NCBI GenBank assembly: GCA_002269645.1
Contig: NIVC01002272.1
Span: 40,891 to 104,890 of the forward strand
Origin: Macrostomum lignano
Taxonomy: Eukaryota
DNA length: 64,000 bases
Direction of reading: 5' to 3'
The notes below the pieces were generated by a model. It was not told the DNA's origin. It searched no databases and saw only the letters and a program-made list of their open reading frames with translations. Position numbers and translations under genes: made by a program. Shown here piece by piece: positions 44,946-56,358 of the stretch (positions are counted from its first letter, which is position 1; each line of letters starts with the position of its first letter).

Positions 44946-46277
44946 AGGTTCGTTGTTCGTCGCGGCGGCGTGAAAAGCAACAGTTTTGCCGTTCCGATCT
45001 TTTGTAGTGAGTTTGATGCCTGCTTCTGCCAGTAGACGGACCATCGAGAGTGATTTGTTTCTAGCTGCAGCAAGAATTGCCGTATCACCTGTATGCAGAT
45101 TGGGAGCCACTAAGTCTGCGTTTTTCTCTGCCAGAAGCAGCAAAATTTCCTCAAGCTTGCAGCTTGCTGCCCTGAGGGCTGGAGTCACCCCTTTATGATT
45201 TCTGTGACTCGGATTGCAGCCTTTCTCCAGAAGAAAGTCCACCAACTTTACTGGCCCTCTCTGACACGCTACAAGGAGTGCAGTTTCTCCGTTATCTGGG
45301 TTAGCCTCATCAATGGTCCCTGTGTTCTCAGCCAGGTATTTTAACACCTCAAGATTCTGCTTCCTAGCAGCAATGTGAGACAGCGGTCCCATCCTCTTGC
45401 TTGACTCGAGTGAGCAACCCTGCTCAACTAAGTAGCTAAAGAGTTCATAGGTCCCATATAGAATTGCAAGTTGGACAGGTGTGTCTCCATCTTCATCTGC
45501 TTCGAACAGAGGAGCTCCTTTCTTACGAAGAAGCTTCAGAACTGTACAGTGTCCATTGAGAATAGCGACTTTGGCAATCTCGTCATTAGTTGTGACGTCA
45601 CAGCCACTTTCCAGCATGTACTTCACTGTATCGTAGAATCCATTTTGCACGGCTCCGCGCAGAGGGCTTCGCCCATCGGCTGTGTTTTCATCGAGTTTCA
45701 CATCGAGCAACTTGAGTATGTCGGTGTGACCAAGAAGGCCTGCTTCACACGCCACCCGCTGCTTGCTACTGTGAGTCACGTCGCAGCCACGATCTTTGAG
45801 GAATTGCACCACTTCTATCCAATTTTTCTTTGTTGCATTCAATAAAAGACTAGTCAAGTGCTCCTCGCAAATTTTCCGAATGCAGGACTTCCGCTGCTCA
45901 AGCTTTTCAGCAATTTTTACGTGTCCTTTCTTCAGAGCATAAAATACAGCAGACCTACCACCGCTGTCTGTCTTAGAAACGTCAACTTCTTTTGAAAGCA
46001 GAGTATTGATGGTGGCTTCGTTTCCCTTCTGGCTGGCGCACATCAGAGGTGTGATGCCCTGCTTGTCACTCCGCTCTGGGTCGGCTCCTTTGCTCAGCAG
46101 AGTGTTAAACACATCTTGATGACCGCCCAGAGCTGCTAAGTGCAGGCCTGTTCTGCCTTGATCGTCTGAGACGTTTGGTTCAAGATTTTGCGTCAGATAC
46201 TTGTATACAGTCCGGTTGTCTCCTGCCATAACTGAAGCAAAGAATATGTCTCTAGCGGCTGTTGGTGCAGCTGCCAT
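44946..46277 (-). CDS. Ankyrin-repeat gene, 5' part of the giant exon
   Basis: First ATG at 46277 (AGAGTCATGG; the listed ORF start at 46343 is TTG). About 13 ankyrin repeats. In the present sequence the frame reads into the element and stops at 44915-44913. Confidence 0.88.
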
Positions 46278-46911
46278 GACTCTGCTGTTGATAGTTCTAG
46301 CAGCAAAATTGCTAAGATTACAAGCCGACTGCAGTCGGTTCAAACAATCGTCTTTAAACTGCCCTCCTATGGAATTTAAAGCGCCGCATTAAATAAAAGA
46401 CTACAAGCTATGAAGGCAAGCAATGTGCACACAGCATTGTTCTGCTGTACAGATTAAATTGAAACACTGTATTTCTAGGTGCAGTAATAGATGAACATTC
46501 ACAAGTACAATGAACCCAGCCAACCAGGGGAGAAATGGAAGTTCAGCTTTTTGATGCCTGTACAAGAGTATAGAGACGGCTGTACGGAAAGCAGAGTTGC
46601 AGCACTCTATCTCCTGTTCTACCAGTGCGCACAGACGGAAACACAGCTGTGCGGAAAGCTATGAGCTAAATTTATCTTTAAACGTTAGACACAGCAAGAT
46701 AAAAGCAATTGAATATATAAAATTTGCACTGAAATGCGAAGCAGTTAGAGACAAAATTTGCAAACGAACGTAAACAGAATTATTAAAAATTACGTAAGTA
46801 TTTATCGCCGTGTGATAATTACCAAAACTCGATGTAATGCAGTAGCGCATGCAGAAACCTTAACTGGAGTGGACGGCAACGCTTATAAAAGATGCGATTT
46901 AAAAATTCGAC

Positions 46912-47135
46912 CTCTTGGTGGGCTCTACCTGTCTCTTGGTGGGCGCCCCTGTCTCTTGGTTGGCGCCCCTGTCTCTTGGTTGGCGCCCCTGTCTCTTGGT
47001 TGGCGCCCCTGTCTTTTGGTTGGCGCCCCTGTCTCTTGGTTGGCGCCCCTGTCTCTTGGTTGGCGCCCCTGTCTTTTGGTTGGCGCCCCTGTCTCTTGGT
47101 TGGCGCCCCTGTCTCTTGGTTGGCGCCCCTGTTTC
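46912..47135. repeat. 20-bp minisatellite (~10 copies) between divergent genes
   Basis: Unit TGGCGCCCCTGTCTCTTGGT. Confidence 0.95.
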
Positions 47136-47540
47136 TTTCACTTAGGTCCGGGAGGAATGCAAGTTTTACTCGTATGAAGGGGCCGTACCTTTGAAGGGAC
47201 AATTATGAGGGGTTCCCCTTTTTGGGTACGCCACAGGTTTTCCTTACATTTCAACTATTGATAATTTATTTTTATACTTTTATACATTTTGTAGGCCGTA
47301 AAAATTCTACTGTAAGTAGGATATGCACACAACGAAGCTGTTTTTGAAACTCCGCATATTTTGTTGAAATTTTATCTGCGTCTGGATGCAAGCCTCATCC
47401 AATCCCAAAGGCAGATCTCGAGCAGCGATTTCCATTGGTTTTTAGCTTGTCATGCCTTCGCTATAAAACCCGCCGCTCTCATGAGCTTAAAATTTGATTA
47501 ACACGATTCTAAAAGCTTGTGACAGTTGAAAATATAAAAA

Positions 47541-48457
47541 ATGCAACTGAAAATTATTAATTGGTCCTCGATTATTTTGGTTGCCGTCTGCCTGGTCGGC
47601 TCGACTGTCTGCCTAGACAGCGCTGCCGCCGGCGTCATATCCGGGATCGAATTCGACTTGCTTCGACGCGCTTGTCCAGCCTCCGACATCGCGGCCGGAG
47701 TTGCCAGCTGGACGGCCCGGCAGAGCCACCTGATGCTGTGCCTCGGCCAGTGCGCCGCGGCCGCCGACTCCACATCGGCGCTGGGATGCTCGGCCGCCAT
47801 CTACCGCGACTCCGACGGTCTCTGCGGCCTGTTGAACTCGAGCCAGCTGGCAAACCTGCTCGCTGCCAAGACTGCCGCCGAAGTGTCCTCCACGGGATGT
47901 CCTGGACGGCAAGTCTGGGTGGCCAGTGCCAAGCCTGAGAAGACGACAACTGCCGAAGCTACAACCACTACGGTTGGTACTACGGAGTCAAGTACCACTG
48001 CAGTCAGCAGCAGCACCACTGCAGTTCGCACTACAGTCAGGGCCACCACTGCAGCAGTCAGGACCATCACTGCACTTTCTGGGGCTAGTAAGTCATAGAT
48101 CGAGGCTCTGAAGTATAATCGGCATGTTTGTCATCATATTGTTCATCAATTTATATAATTTATTCCATACAATGCTTTGCAGCTTACATTGGATGCTATG
48201 CAGACAGCAGTTCGAAACTCGATTTGGACAAGGATTACAAAACCTCGGATTTAATGTCCCGTCTGGTGTGCCTGAACTACTGCCGATCTGGCAGGTACAA
48301 GTACTTCGGCTTGCAGAACAGCAAAGATTGCTACTGCGACCAGAACTATGGACGCCACGGATCGGCTCCCGAGACCGACTGCCGGCTCCCGTGCAGCGGC
48401 AATTCCGCCGAAATCTGCGGCGGTAGTTCGCAGAATTCGGTGTACAGCATCCCGTGA
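47541..48457 (+). CDS. Secreted protein with signal peptide, PAN/apple-like domain, Thr-rich stalk and WSC domain (273 aa)
   Basis: Exons 47541-48087 (A|GTAAGT) and 48183-48457 (TGCAG|CT), phase 1. Hydrophobic N-terminus, CLGQC..CSAAIY....CGL, and WSC motifs YIGCY, CLNYC, YFGLQNSKDCYC, CRLPCSGNSAEICGG. Confidence 0.88.
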
Positions 48458-48654
48458 TGTCGCGGAGTAAATCAACGTTTTTTTCTGTAAAGCAAGGAAA
48501 TCAAGAATCGAAAAAGATATCAAACATAAAACGACTAAATTTTTATTCGATAACTCTCTTTGCGTATAGAAACCTATTTGATCACTATCTACGTCTCTTC
48601 TTTATTTGTACTCGAAGATCTATCCTATTTATAACAAATGCACAAATTCAAAGT

Positions 48655-48914
48655 GGGTCGTAGCCTAGTGGTTAGAGCATCGGACTCACGACTTGAAGGT
48701 AAAATTTGTGTTTTTGAGCAAGACAAGATACGAGCATTGCTTCAGTTCACCCAGCTGTAAAATGGGTGCCAGCATTAGCTGGGGTAATTGAGGGTGCGTG
48801 TGGCGACCCCCCCCCCCAGTCCTTGGACTGAACAGCCGTACGCAGCCTTCAGATGCGCCGCGCAATAGCTGCGGCTGAGCTGTCGGTTGCACATCTGCCC
48901 AATTAGGGCAGGTG
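48655..48914 (+). mobile_element. tRNA-derived SINE, copy 4
   Basis: GGGTCGTAGCCTAGTGGTTAGAGCATCGGACTCACGAC head (B box lost), followed by the full body ending GCACATCTGCCCAATTAGGGCAGGTG. Confidence 0.85.
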
Positions 48915-49566
48915 TAATCAAAGAAATTATTGATATTATTTTTATTTGAAATTCAAGCAGCATTGATATATATCTCATTGAAGACTCGGACCTGTCAGTT
49001 GACTCCCTTGATTCCCCTGTGTAGATGGCATAACTGACTGTTAAGATGGATGTCTGGATAAATTCTTTCAAAAATAAAACTGCCTTAGCTAATGTTAAAC
49101 AACTTAAGTTTGCGTAAAACAAAACACACTTAGTCAAGTTTTTGTGTCACTCAAATGTATCTTCAGCAGAGAAGGCAATTCTCTCTTCAAGCAAATCTCC
49201 ATAGAAACGGCAGATCCACATGCATGTAAAGTTTTTTTTAATTTCCGTTTGTTATACAAAGATTTATTATCTGAAACATTTTACCGCAAAGTTTGTTTAA
49301 CATTTAATTTCCCTGGTTCAACAGCATGTTTCAACCTCAGAAACTTCACGGCTATGGGAAAAAGGAAGTTTGCTGTAAAACAAGTTTGTTCAACACTCTT
49401 CCTTTGTTATAATTTTTGGAAGCCTCTTTCCACAGAAATTGACAAGAGATTTATCGATTCTTTTATAGCAGCACTACAAGTTTTGAGACGGTGAGAAAGA
49501 AACTGCGATTAAAAAACTTGCTTTTATCATTTAGTTGCTTTGATCAGCTGCATGTAAGCTGATTGA

Positions 49567-49710
49567 AGAGAGGGTGAAGCTGACTGAGGAGAGGGTGAAG
49601 CTGACTGAGGAGAGGGTGAAGCTGACTGAGGAGAGGGTGAAGCTGACTGAGGAGAGGGTGAAGCTGACTGAGGAGAGGGTGAGGCTGACTGAGGAGAGGG
49701 TAAAGCTGAC
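49567..49710. repeat. 21-bp minisatellite (~6.5 copies)
   Basis: Unit GAGAGGGTGAAGCTGACTGAG. Confidence 0.92.
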
Positions 49711-49980
49711 TTTAGAGGTGGGTATAGGTAGATGTACGTATTTACTCGTGAGCTTGTGTGTAATGTTGAATATGAAAAATTAAGAATAATTTTATTGGGT
49801 GGAGTCATTTGTTGTCTATGGAAGTTGAAAATAATATAGAATTAGCAAGCATATTTAAATCAAAAAGTCAACCAGAGTAAAGAGCCACAGTGCAGTTGCA
49901 CTTCAGGTAATCACACATAAGCGCTGATATACATGATTTTTGCTTTATGTTCTTCGTAACTGACTGCGTCAAAGCAGACC

Positions 49981-52862
49981 ATGACGGAATCCTTCCAAGA
50001 AGTGTTTGTTTTGTTTGTCGTAATATTAGCGGGTTTTGGTATCAACGTATCAGGTAAATTGTGTTTGAGTTGCGTATACACTGACCGAAGTTACTGACTG
50101 AAGTTGCCGAGTGTTGACGGCACTACAACAGCCAACCCTTCCGCACAGCTCTGACGCACTCAGCAGTTTCTGGCGACGGCTTTGTGGTGATCAACGACGA
50201 GCAAGACTTTCTCGTCAAAATAGGCCGAGCAAGTGTCGACTGCGACTATGGGGTTCGCGACCCGTACGAAGTCTGGGCGCGAGCCGTTGACATTGTGATG
50301 TGTCCGAAGACGTCTAGGTGCGCCGAGTTAGAAGGGCCATCAGTTTTTGGCGATGGTAGATACGTGGTGAGTGGCGGTGTGGAGTGGGCTAGGTAATGCT
50401 TAGATAATGAGTCGCGAATGTACAGATCAGAGGTGATGCTCTCTGATGTACAGCTCAAAATTATTGAGATCAGAGGTGATGCTCCGAAGGACAGGTTAGG
50501 GTTTGGAGATCAGAGATGATGCTCTGAAGGACAGGTTAGGGTCTGGAGATCAGAGATGATGCTCCGAAGGACAGGTTAGGGTCTGGAGATCAGAGATGAT
50601 GCTCCGAAGGACAGGTTAGTGGTCTGGAGATCGAAGATGATGCTCCGAAGGACAGGTTAGGGGTCTGAAGATCGAAGATGATGCTCCGAAGGACAGTTTA
50701 GGGGTCTGGAGATCAGAGATGATGCTCTGAAGGACAGGTTAGGGTCTGGAGATCAGAGATGATGCTCCGAATGACAGGTTAGGGGTCTGGAGATCAGAGA
50801 TGATGCTCCGAAGGACAGGTTAGGGTCTGGAGATCAGAGATGATGCTCCAAATGACAGGTTAGGGTCTAGAGATCAGAGATGATGCTCTGAAGGACAGGT
50901 TAGGGTCTAGAGATCAGAGATGATGCTCTGAAGGACAGGTTAGGATCTAGAGATCAGAGATGATGCTCTGAAGGACAGGTTAGGGTCTAGAGATCAGAGA
51001 TGATGCTCTGAAGGACAGGTTAGGGTCTAGAGATCAGAGATGATGCTCTGAAGGACAGGTTAGGGGTCTGGAGATCAGAGATGATGCTCTGAAGGACAGG
51101 TTAGGGTCTGGAGATCAGAGATGATGCTCCGAATGACAGGTTAGGGGTCTGGAGATCAGAGATGATGCTCTGGAGGACAGGTTAGGGTCTGGAGATCAGA
51201 GATGATGCTCCGAATGACAGGTTAGGGGTCTGGAGATCAGCGATGATGCTCTGAAGGACAGGTTAGGGTCTGGAGATCAGAGATGATGCTCTGAAGGACA
51301 GGTTAGGGTCTGGAGATCAGAGATGATGCTCCGAAGGACAGGTTAGGGTCTGGAGATCAGAGATGATGCTCCGAAGGACAGGTTAGGGTCTGGAGATCAG
51401 AGATGATGCTCCGAAGGACAGGTTAGGGTCTGGAGATCAGAGATGATGCTCTGAAGGACAGGTTAGGGTCTGGAGATCAGAGATGATGCTCCGAAGGACA
51501 GGTTAGGGGTCTGGAGATCAGAGATGATGCTCTAAAGGACAGCTCAAAAGTTTGGAGATTAGCTGTCGCAAAATAATGTCTGATATTGTCTGCTTTAGAG
51601 GAATTTAAGCTAAGGAAGGGGCGCCGAAAGATGAAGAAAATGAAAAGACAATTTAGGTGTTGTTGATACTTTTTGAAAAATCGAAACAGTTATAAAACTA
51701 ATGGAACCTATTTTGCCTATGACGAGTTAAAATGTTTCTTTAAAAATCTTTTCCTGCAGAGCTACAAGGCCGGCTGCGAGGATATTTGTCCTAAACAGCT
51801 TCCACCGGGCTACAAATGCCGGCTGTGCCATGCGAGCTTTTGCAATCTGAAGCTGCAGGGTGAGATAGTGAATAATACGCTGCGGTGTCTCAGCAACCTC
51901 GTGCAGCCCTATCGGATGGAGAGCGCCGTGGCGTACTTCTGCAGTCGAGGTGTGCAGTACTGCTACCTGAGACTGGCGGCCACCGTAGGTTGGATGGATG
52001 GATGGATGGATGGATGGATGGATGGATGGATGGATGGATGGATGGATGGATGGATGGATGGATGGATGGATGGATGGATGGATGGATGGATGGATGGATG
52101 GATGGATGGATGGATGGATGGATGGATGGATGGATGGATGGATGGATGGATAGATGGATGGTTGGATGGATGGGTAGATGGATGGATGGATGGATAGATG
52201 GATTGGATGGATGAATGGATGGATGGATGGATGGATGGATGGATAGATGGATCGATGGATGGATGGATGGATAGATGGATGGATAGATAGATGGATGGAT
52301 GGATGGATGGATGGATGGATGGATAGATGGATGGATGGATGGATGGATGGATGGATGGATGGATGGATGGATGGATAGATGGATGGTTGGATGGATGGGT
52401 AGATGGATGGATGGATGGATAGATGGATTGGATGGATGAATGGATGGATGGATGGATGGATGGATAGATAGATGGATGGATGGATGGATGGATGGATGGA
52501 TGGATGGATGGATAGATGGATCGATGGATGGATGGATGGATAGATGGATGGATAGATGGATGGATGGATGGATGGATGGATGGATAGATGGATGGATGGA
52601 TGGATGGATGGATGGATGGATGGATGGATGGATGGATAGATAGATGGTTGGATGGATGGGTAGATGGATGGATGGATGGATAGATGGATGGATGGATGGA
52701 TGGATGGATGGATGGATGGATGGATGGATGGATGGATGGATGGATGGATGGATGGATGGATGGATGGATGGATGGATGGATGGATGGATGGATGGATGGA
52801 TGGATGGATGGATGGATGGATGGATGGATGGATGGATGGATGGATGGATGGATGGATGGATA

Positions 52863-52893
<31 letters not shown>

Positions 52894-53767
52894 AGATGGA
52901 TGGATGGATGGATGGATGGATGGATGGATGGATGGATGGATAGATAGATGGATGGTTGGATGGATGGGTAGATGGATGGATGGATGGATAGATGGATTGG
53001 ATGGATGAATGGATGGATGGATGGATGGCTAGATGGATGGATGGATGGATGGATGGATGGATGGATGGATGGATGGATGGATGGATGGATGGATGGATGG
53101 ATGGATGGATGGATGGATGGATGGATGGATGGATGGATGGATGGATGGATGGATGGATGGATGGATGGATGGATGGATGGATGGATGGATGGATGGATGG
53201 ATGGATGGATGGATAGATGAATGGATGGATGGATGGATCAATCGCGAGTTGAAAGTCATTGTCAAAGTCTACTAGTAAAAATCGATTAATTGATTGATTG
53301 ATACTCGAATTGTGTGCACTTATCGAGCCTAAGAATTAGCTCTCACACCGCGCACCAACTTGCAGAAGGACCGAATACTTGGCGGCTGTTACCAGAGCAG
53401 CGAAAAGAAACGGCTGTGCGACGGTCCGGACGGAACCGGTGCCTGCGAGTTCTGCTCTACGAACGAGTGCAACAAGCCGTCCGGTCGAATTCTGCGCGAA
53501 CTACAGGCTCACCAGGCTGCAGGCAGGGGCCATGGCCCGTCTGCAGGCTCAAATGCGGGTCCAGCAAATCATGCAGCTGGTTCCACCGGTTTCCAGCCGA
53601 TCCCTCAAGAACCAACAAAGCCGCCAGACCCCATTGACTTTACGCTGTACATGGATCCAGATCTGAGCTTTGCCCCAGAAGAAGTAACTCAGGCGGCTGT
53701 AGCCACTGGCGGATCGCCTCGAAGCGTTCTGGTTGTTGCTGCAATCTTGTTAAGTCGGTGCCTCTGA
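49981..53767 (+). CDS. Ly6/uPAR (three-finger) protein with two domains, signal peptide and GPI-type tail (305 aa)
   Basis: Exons 49981-50053, 50149-50366, 51760-51984 and 53366-53767 splice in frame (phases 1, 0, 0; GT-AG). Signal peptide [20 protein letters not shown], two domain ends [10 protein letters not shown] and [10 protein letters not shown], and a hydrophobic C-terminus [14 protein letters not shown]. Confidence 0.85.
50467..51542. repeat. 40-bp intronic minisatellite (~27 copies), each with one TTAGGG
   Basis: Unit GAGATCAGAGATGATGCTCCGAAGGACAGGTTAGGGTCTG; fills intron 2 of the Ly6 gene. Confidence 0.96.
51990..53238. repeat. (GGAT)n microsatellite, ~1.25 kb, filling intron 3 of the Ly6 gene
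   Basis: Tetranucleotide array with recurrent AGAT/GGTT/GGGT/GAAT variants. Confidence 0.98.
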
Positions 53768-54453
53768 TCTGATCGCGCTATATATGAACCGCTACATCAC
53801 TAGGCTTGAACTACACAGTACACTTGCTTAGTATACATGTAAATCTCGTGAAAAAGGGCTAAAAATGCATTCATAAAAACATGCATGTACAGTGGCAGAA
53901 GATTGGCGTCTTGACGGCCTCTCTAGTCTAGACTATATTTATAAGCATTTAGCTTACCTCGAGGTTATTTATTATTCTGGCAATTCAACCTAAAATGCTT
54001 ATGTTGCGCACGCGTACCTTGATATACATTCAGCAAGCCAAAACTTTGAGAATAGCTACTCAAAAGTAATTGCTAAAGTATGTGTACTCCAAGAATTGTT
54101 TTTAGGCTTGCGGGGAAACTTTTTTGAATCACATCCCTAAACCGGTATACAAAGGGTACATGTATACGGTATACTGTGATGTATTGTATACGTTATAAAA
54201 TTTACATGTGGAAGTGTTGATCAAGTCTGAATCAACAGACACACAAAAACGTAAAATAGTAATTTTTATTTAAGATTCTGTGTCTGCAAACGACTGACAT
54301 GCATGTTTGGAGAAAAAATATCATGCAATATATACATATACTTTGCATTCATGACAAGAGAATTTCCTTGGGACAATATATTCATTATGTAGATTCATGA
54401 TACATGTAATAATAATAAATAATAATAATATAATATAATATATTATTGATTAT

Positions 54454-54752
54454 GCCTGCCCATGGGGAAGTTGTTAAACCCCGATGGCTGTTCAGTCCAA
54501 GGACTGGGGGTCGCCACACACACCCTCAATTACCCGAGCTAGCTAATGTCAAGTATGCTGGGTACCCATTTTAGAGCAGCTGGTGAACAACTGAAGCAAG
54601 AATGCAGACTTTAAGTGTCTTGGTCAAGGACACGAATTGTTCCAGTGGGGATCCTGAATCGGACCAAGGACCCTGTACAGTGGTTCTTGAATCGGACCCC
54701 GACCTTCTAAGTCATGAGTTCGACGCTCTAACCACTAGTAAAGATACAACCC
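54454..54752 (-). mobile_element. tRNA-derived SINE, copy 5
   Basis: GGCTGTTCAGTCCAAGGACTGGGGGTCGCCACACACACCCTCAATTAC..ACCCATTTT body with a degenerate head at the right end. Confidence 0.8.
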
Positions 54753-55088
54753 AATACCTAGGGGGCGCGCTTTCATGCACACATAATTAGCTTGAATTTG
54801 TCTTATAAGTCTAAATTAAGGTGCACAGATATTATGAACCGATCGTATTACCTGTACTAAAGCTTAAATTGAAAAGTCGGCAGCGTTTACAGTGTTTTTT
54901 TGATCAATACTGTACACTTCAACATAACATGTTTGTTATAGTACAAAGGCTTTTTAACAGAAAATGCGTGTGAACTGCACGAATGAACTCGAATTTAACA
55001 TTTTTGGCGGCCCCGAGTAGTCACGCGCGACATTAGGCTTTCTTCGAAACTACCTCATTTAGAGACTGTCATTGTATAACATTGTATA

Positions 55089-55919
55089 ATGTCACAAAAA
55101 GGCAAACGAAAGAACAACGTTGGAGAACAAGAAGCATCCCCAACAGGCATCTCCCTTCCACCGAACGCAAAATCAAGGCGAGAGACTGTTGATGGCAGCT
55201 GCCTAGCCTGTAACGACGAAGTGCACGAAGGCATTCAATGCGAAAGCTGTCACCGCTGGTGCCACCAGTCCTGCTCCGGCCTAGCAAAGCCAATTTTCAC
55301 CGCCATCGCAAATGGCCCTAGCGACAATGGACTCATATGGACTTGCCGAGATTGCAAGACCCATGCCCGCGCGCTTCTTAACAGCGTGGAGCTGCTTAAA
55401 GACATCAAAGTCAAGCTGACGGCCCTCGAAGAACGCATAGAAGAGCTAGAGTCGATTGAGAGTGGGAAGCAAACTGTCACCTACGACATCAGCTTTGATG
55501 AAATCGTGGAGGAAGTCAGGCAGCGCGGTATAAAGAAGAACAACATCATAGTTTTTGGACTCCAAGAAGACGCTAAACTCGAGGACTTTATGCAGGATGG
55601 GCTCAAAGTGTCCCCTGCAACTGTCCCAATTGTCGCCACCAGGCGGATCGGTCGCGAGCAGCCTCTCAGCAATCGACCAAGGCCCCTCGTTGTTCGGCTG
55701 GTCAACGATAGCGACAAAGCGGCCTTCTTCGGTAATCTGAGGAACCTGCGCGAAACTGGCTCTGCCTACTCCCGTATTCGTATCGAGAACGACTTAACAG
55801 AAAAGGAACGGGCATATAAGCAGAAGATTGTCAAAGAGCTTAAGACTCGTCAAGAAAATGGTGAGAAAAACATCCGAATTGGCTACAAGAGGGGAGTTCC
55901 CTTCATTAAAACCTACTGA
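55089..55919 (+). CDS. LINE ORF1p: PHD finger, coiled coil and L1-like RRM/CTD
   Basis: CLAC..CESCHRWCHQSC..WTCRDC (PHD), then NIIVFGLQE, RRIG, RPRPLVVRL and IENDLT. Confidence 0.88.
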   Translation: MSQKGKRKNNVGEQEASPTGISLPPNAKSRRETVDGSCLACNDEVHEGIQCESCHRWCHQSCSGLAKPIFTAIANGPSDNGLIWTCRDCKTHARALLNSVELLKDIKVKLTALEERIEELESIESGKQTVTYDISFDEIVEEVRQRGIKKNNIIVFGLQEDAKLEDFMQDGLKVSPATVPIVATRRIGREQPLSNRPRPLVVRLVNDSDKAAFFGNLRNLRETGSAYSRIRIENDLTEKERAYKQKIVKELKTRQENGEKNIRIGYKRGVPFIKTY

Positions 55920-56358
55920 ACTTCCTCTGTAAACTGTGACTTAAATACCCCAACAGTTAATGGTCAAAATAGTCAAAATATTATCAAAGCAAATGAAAAG
56001 CGGATACAATACACTAGAGAGTACCTCATTTCTATTAGAAATAACAATGCTCAAAAGATCAAAAAAATTCCTTACAATATCAAATCAAAACTACTTGAAT
56101 TCAATATTATCCAAAAAATAGATGAAGAAAAATTTACTATTAGCAGCTGGAATATCAATGGTCTTTACACAATAAAAGACTCTGTGATGATTCCTAAACT
56201 TGAACTACTGGAAACTGAATCAATCTTTAAGAATAATATTCTCTTGACTTACTTGACTTAACTGCAGGGGGCGTCCGGCGGATGCAGCGAGGAGGCGGAG
56301 GAGACCGCCCATTCCGCTAGCCCCTGGCGACCAACGACTTCCGTTGAAGTGGTGTCGC

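Noticed and set aside
44946-45000. Splicing-out of the 3.4-kb element
   Set aside because: No credible donor before the in-element stop; the only in-frame option uses a very weak GTTGCT and would delete part of a repeat.
26685-46343. Three separate ankyrin genes, or a bacterial endosymbiont-derived ankyrin cluster
   Set aside because: TIR/TSD junctions show that they are one exon split by transposons, and the gene has spliceosomal introns at its 3' end.
46840-47236. MITE enclosing the 20-bp array
   Set aside because: The candidate ends CAGTAGCGCA / TACGCCACAG are only loosely inverted and no TSD was found.
48655-48720. tRNA-Val gene (also at the other SINE heads)
   Set aside because: No complete cloverleaf or acceptor stem, and each head continues into the same SINE body.
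49527-49808. Coiled-coil ORF (KLTEERV)n or (SPQSASP)n
   Set aside because: Translations of a 21-bp minisatellite with AT-rich non-coding flanks.
51985-53275. Many MDGW/IHPS ORFs
   Set aside because: Artefacts of (GGAT)n, which lies inside a GT-AG intron of the Ly6 gene.
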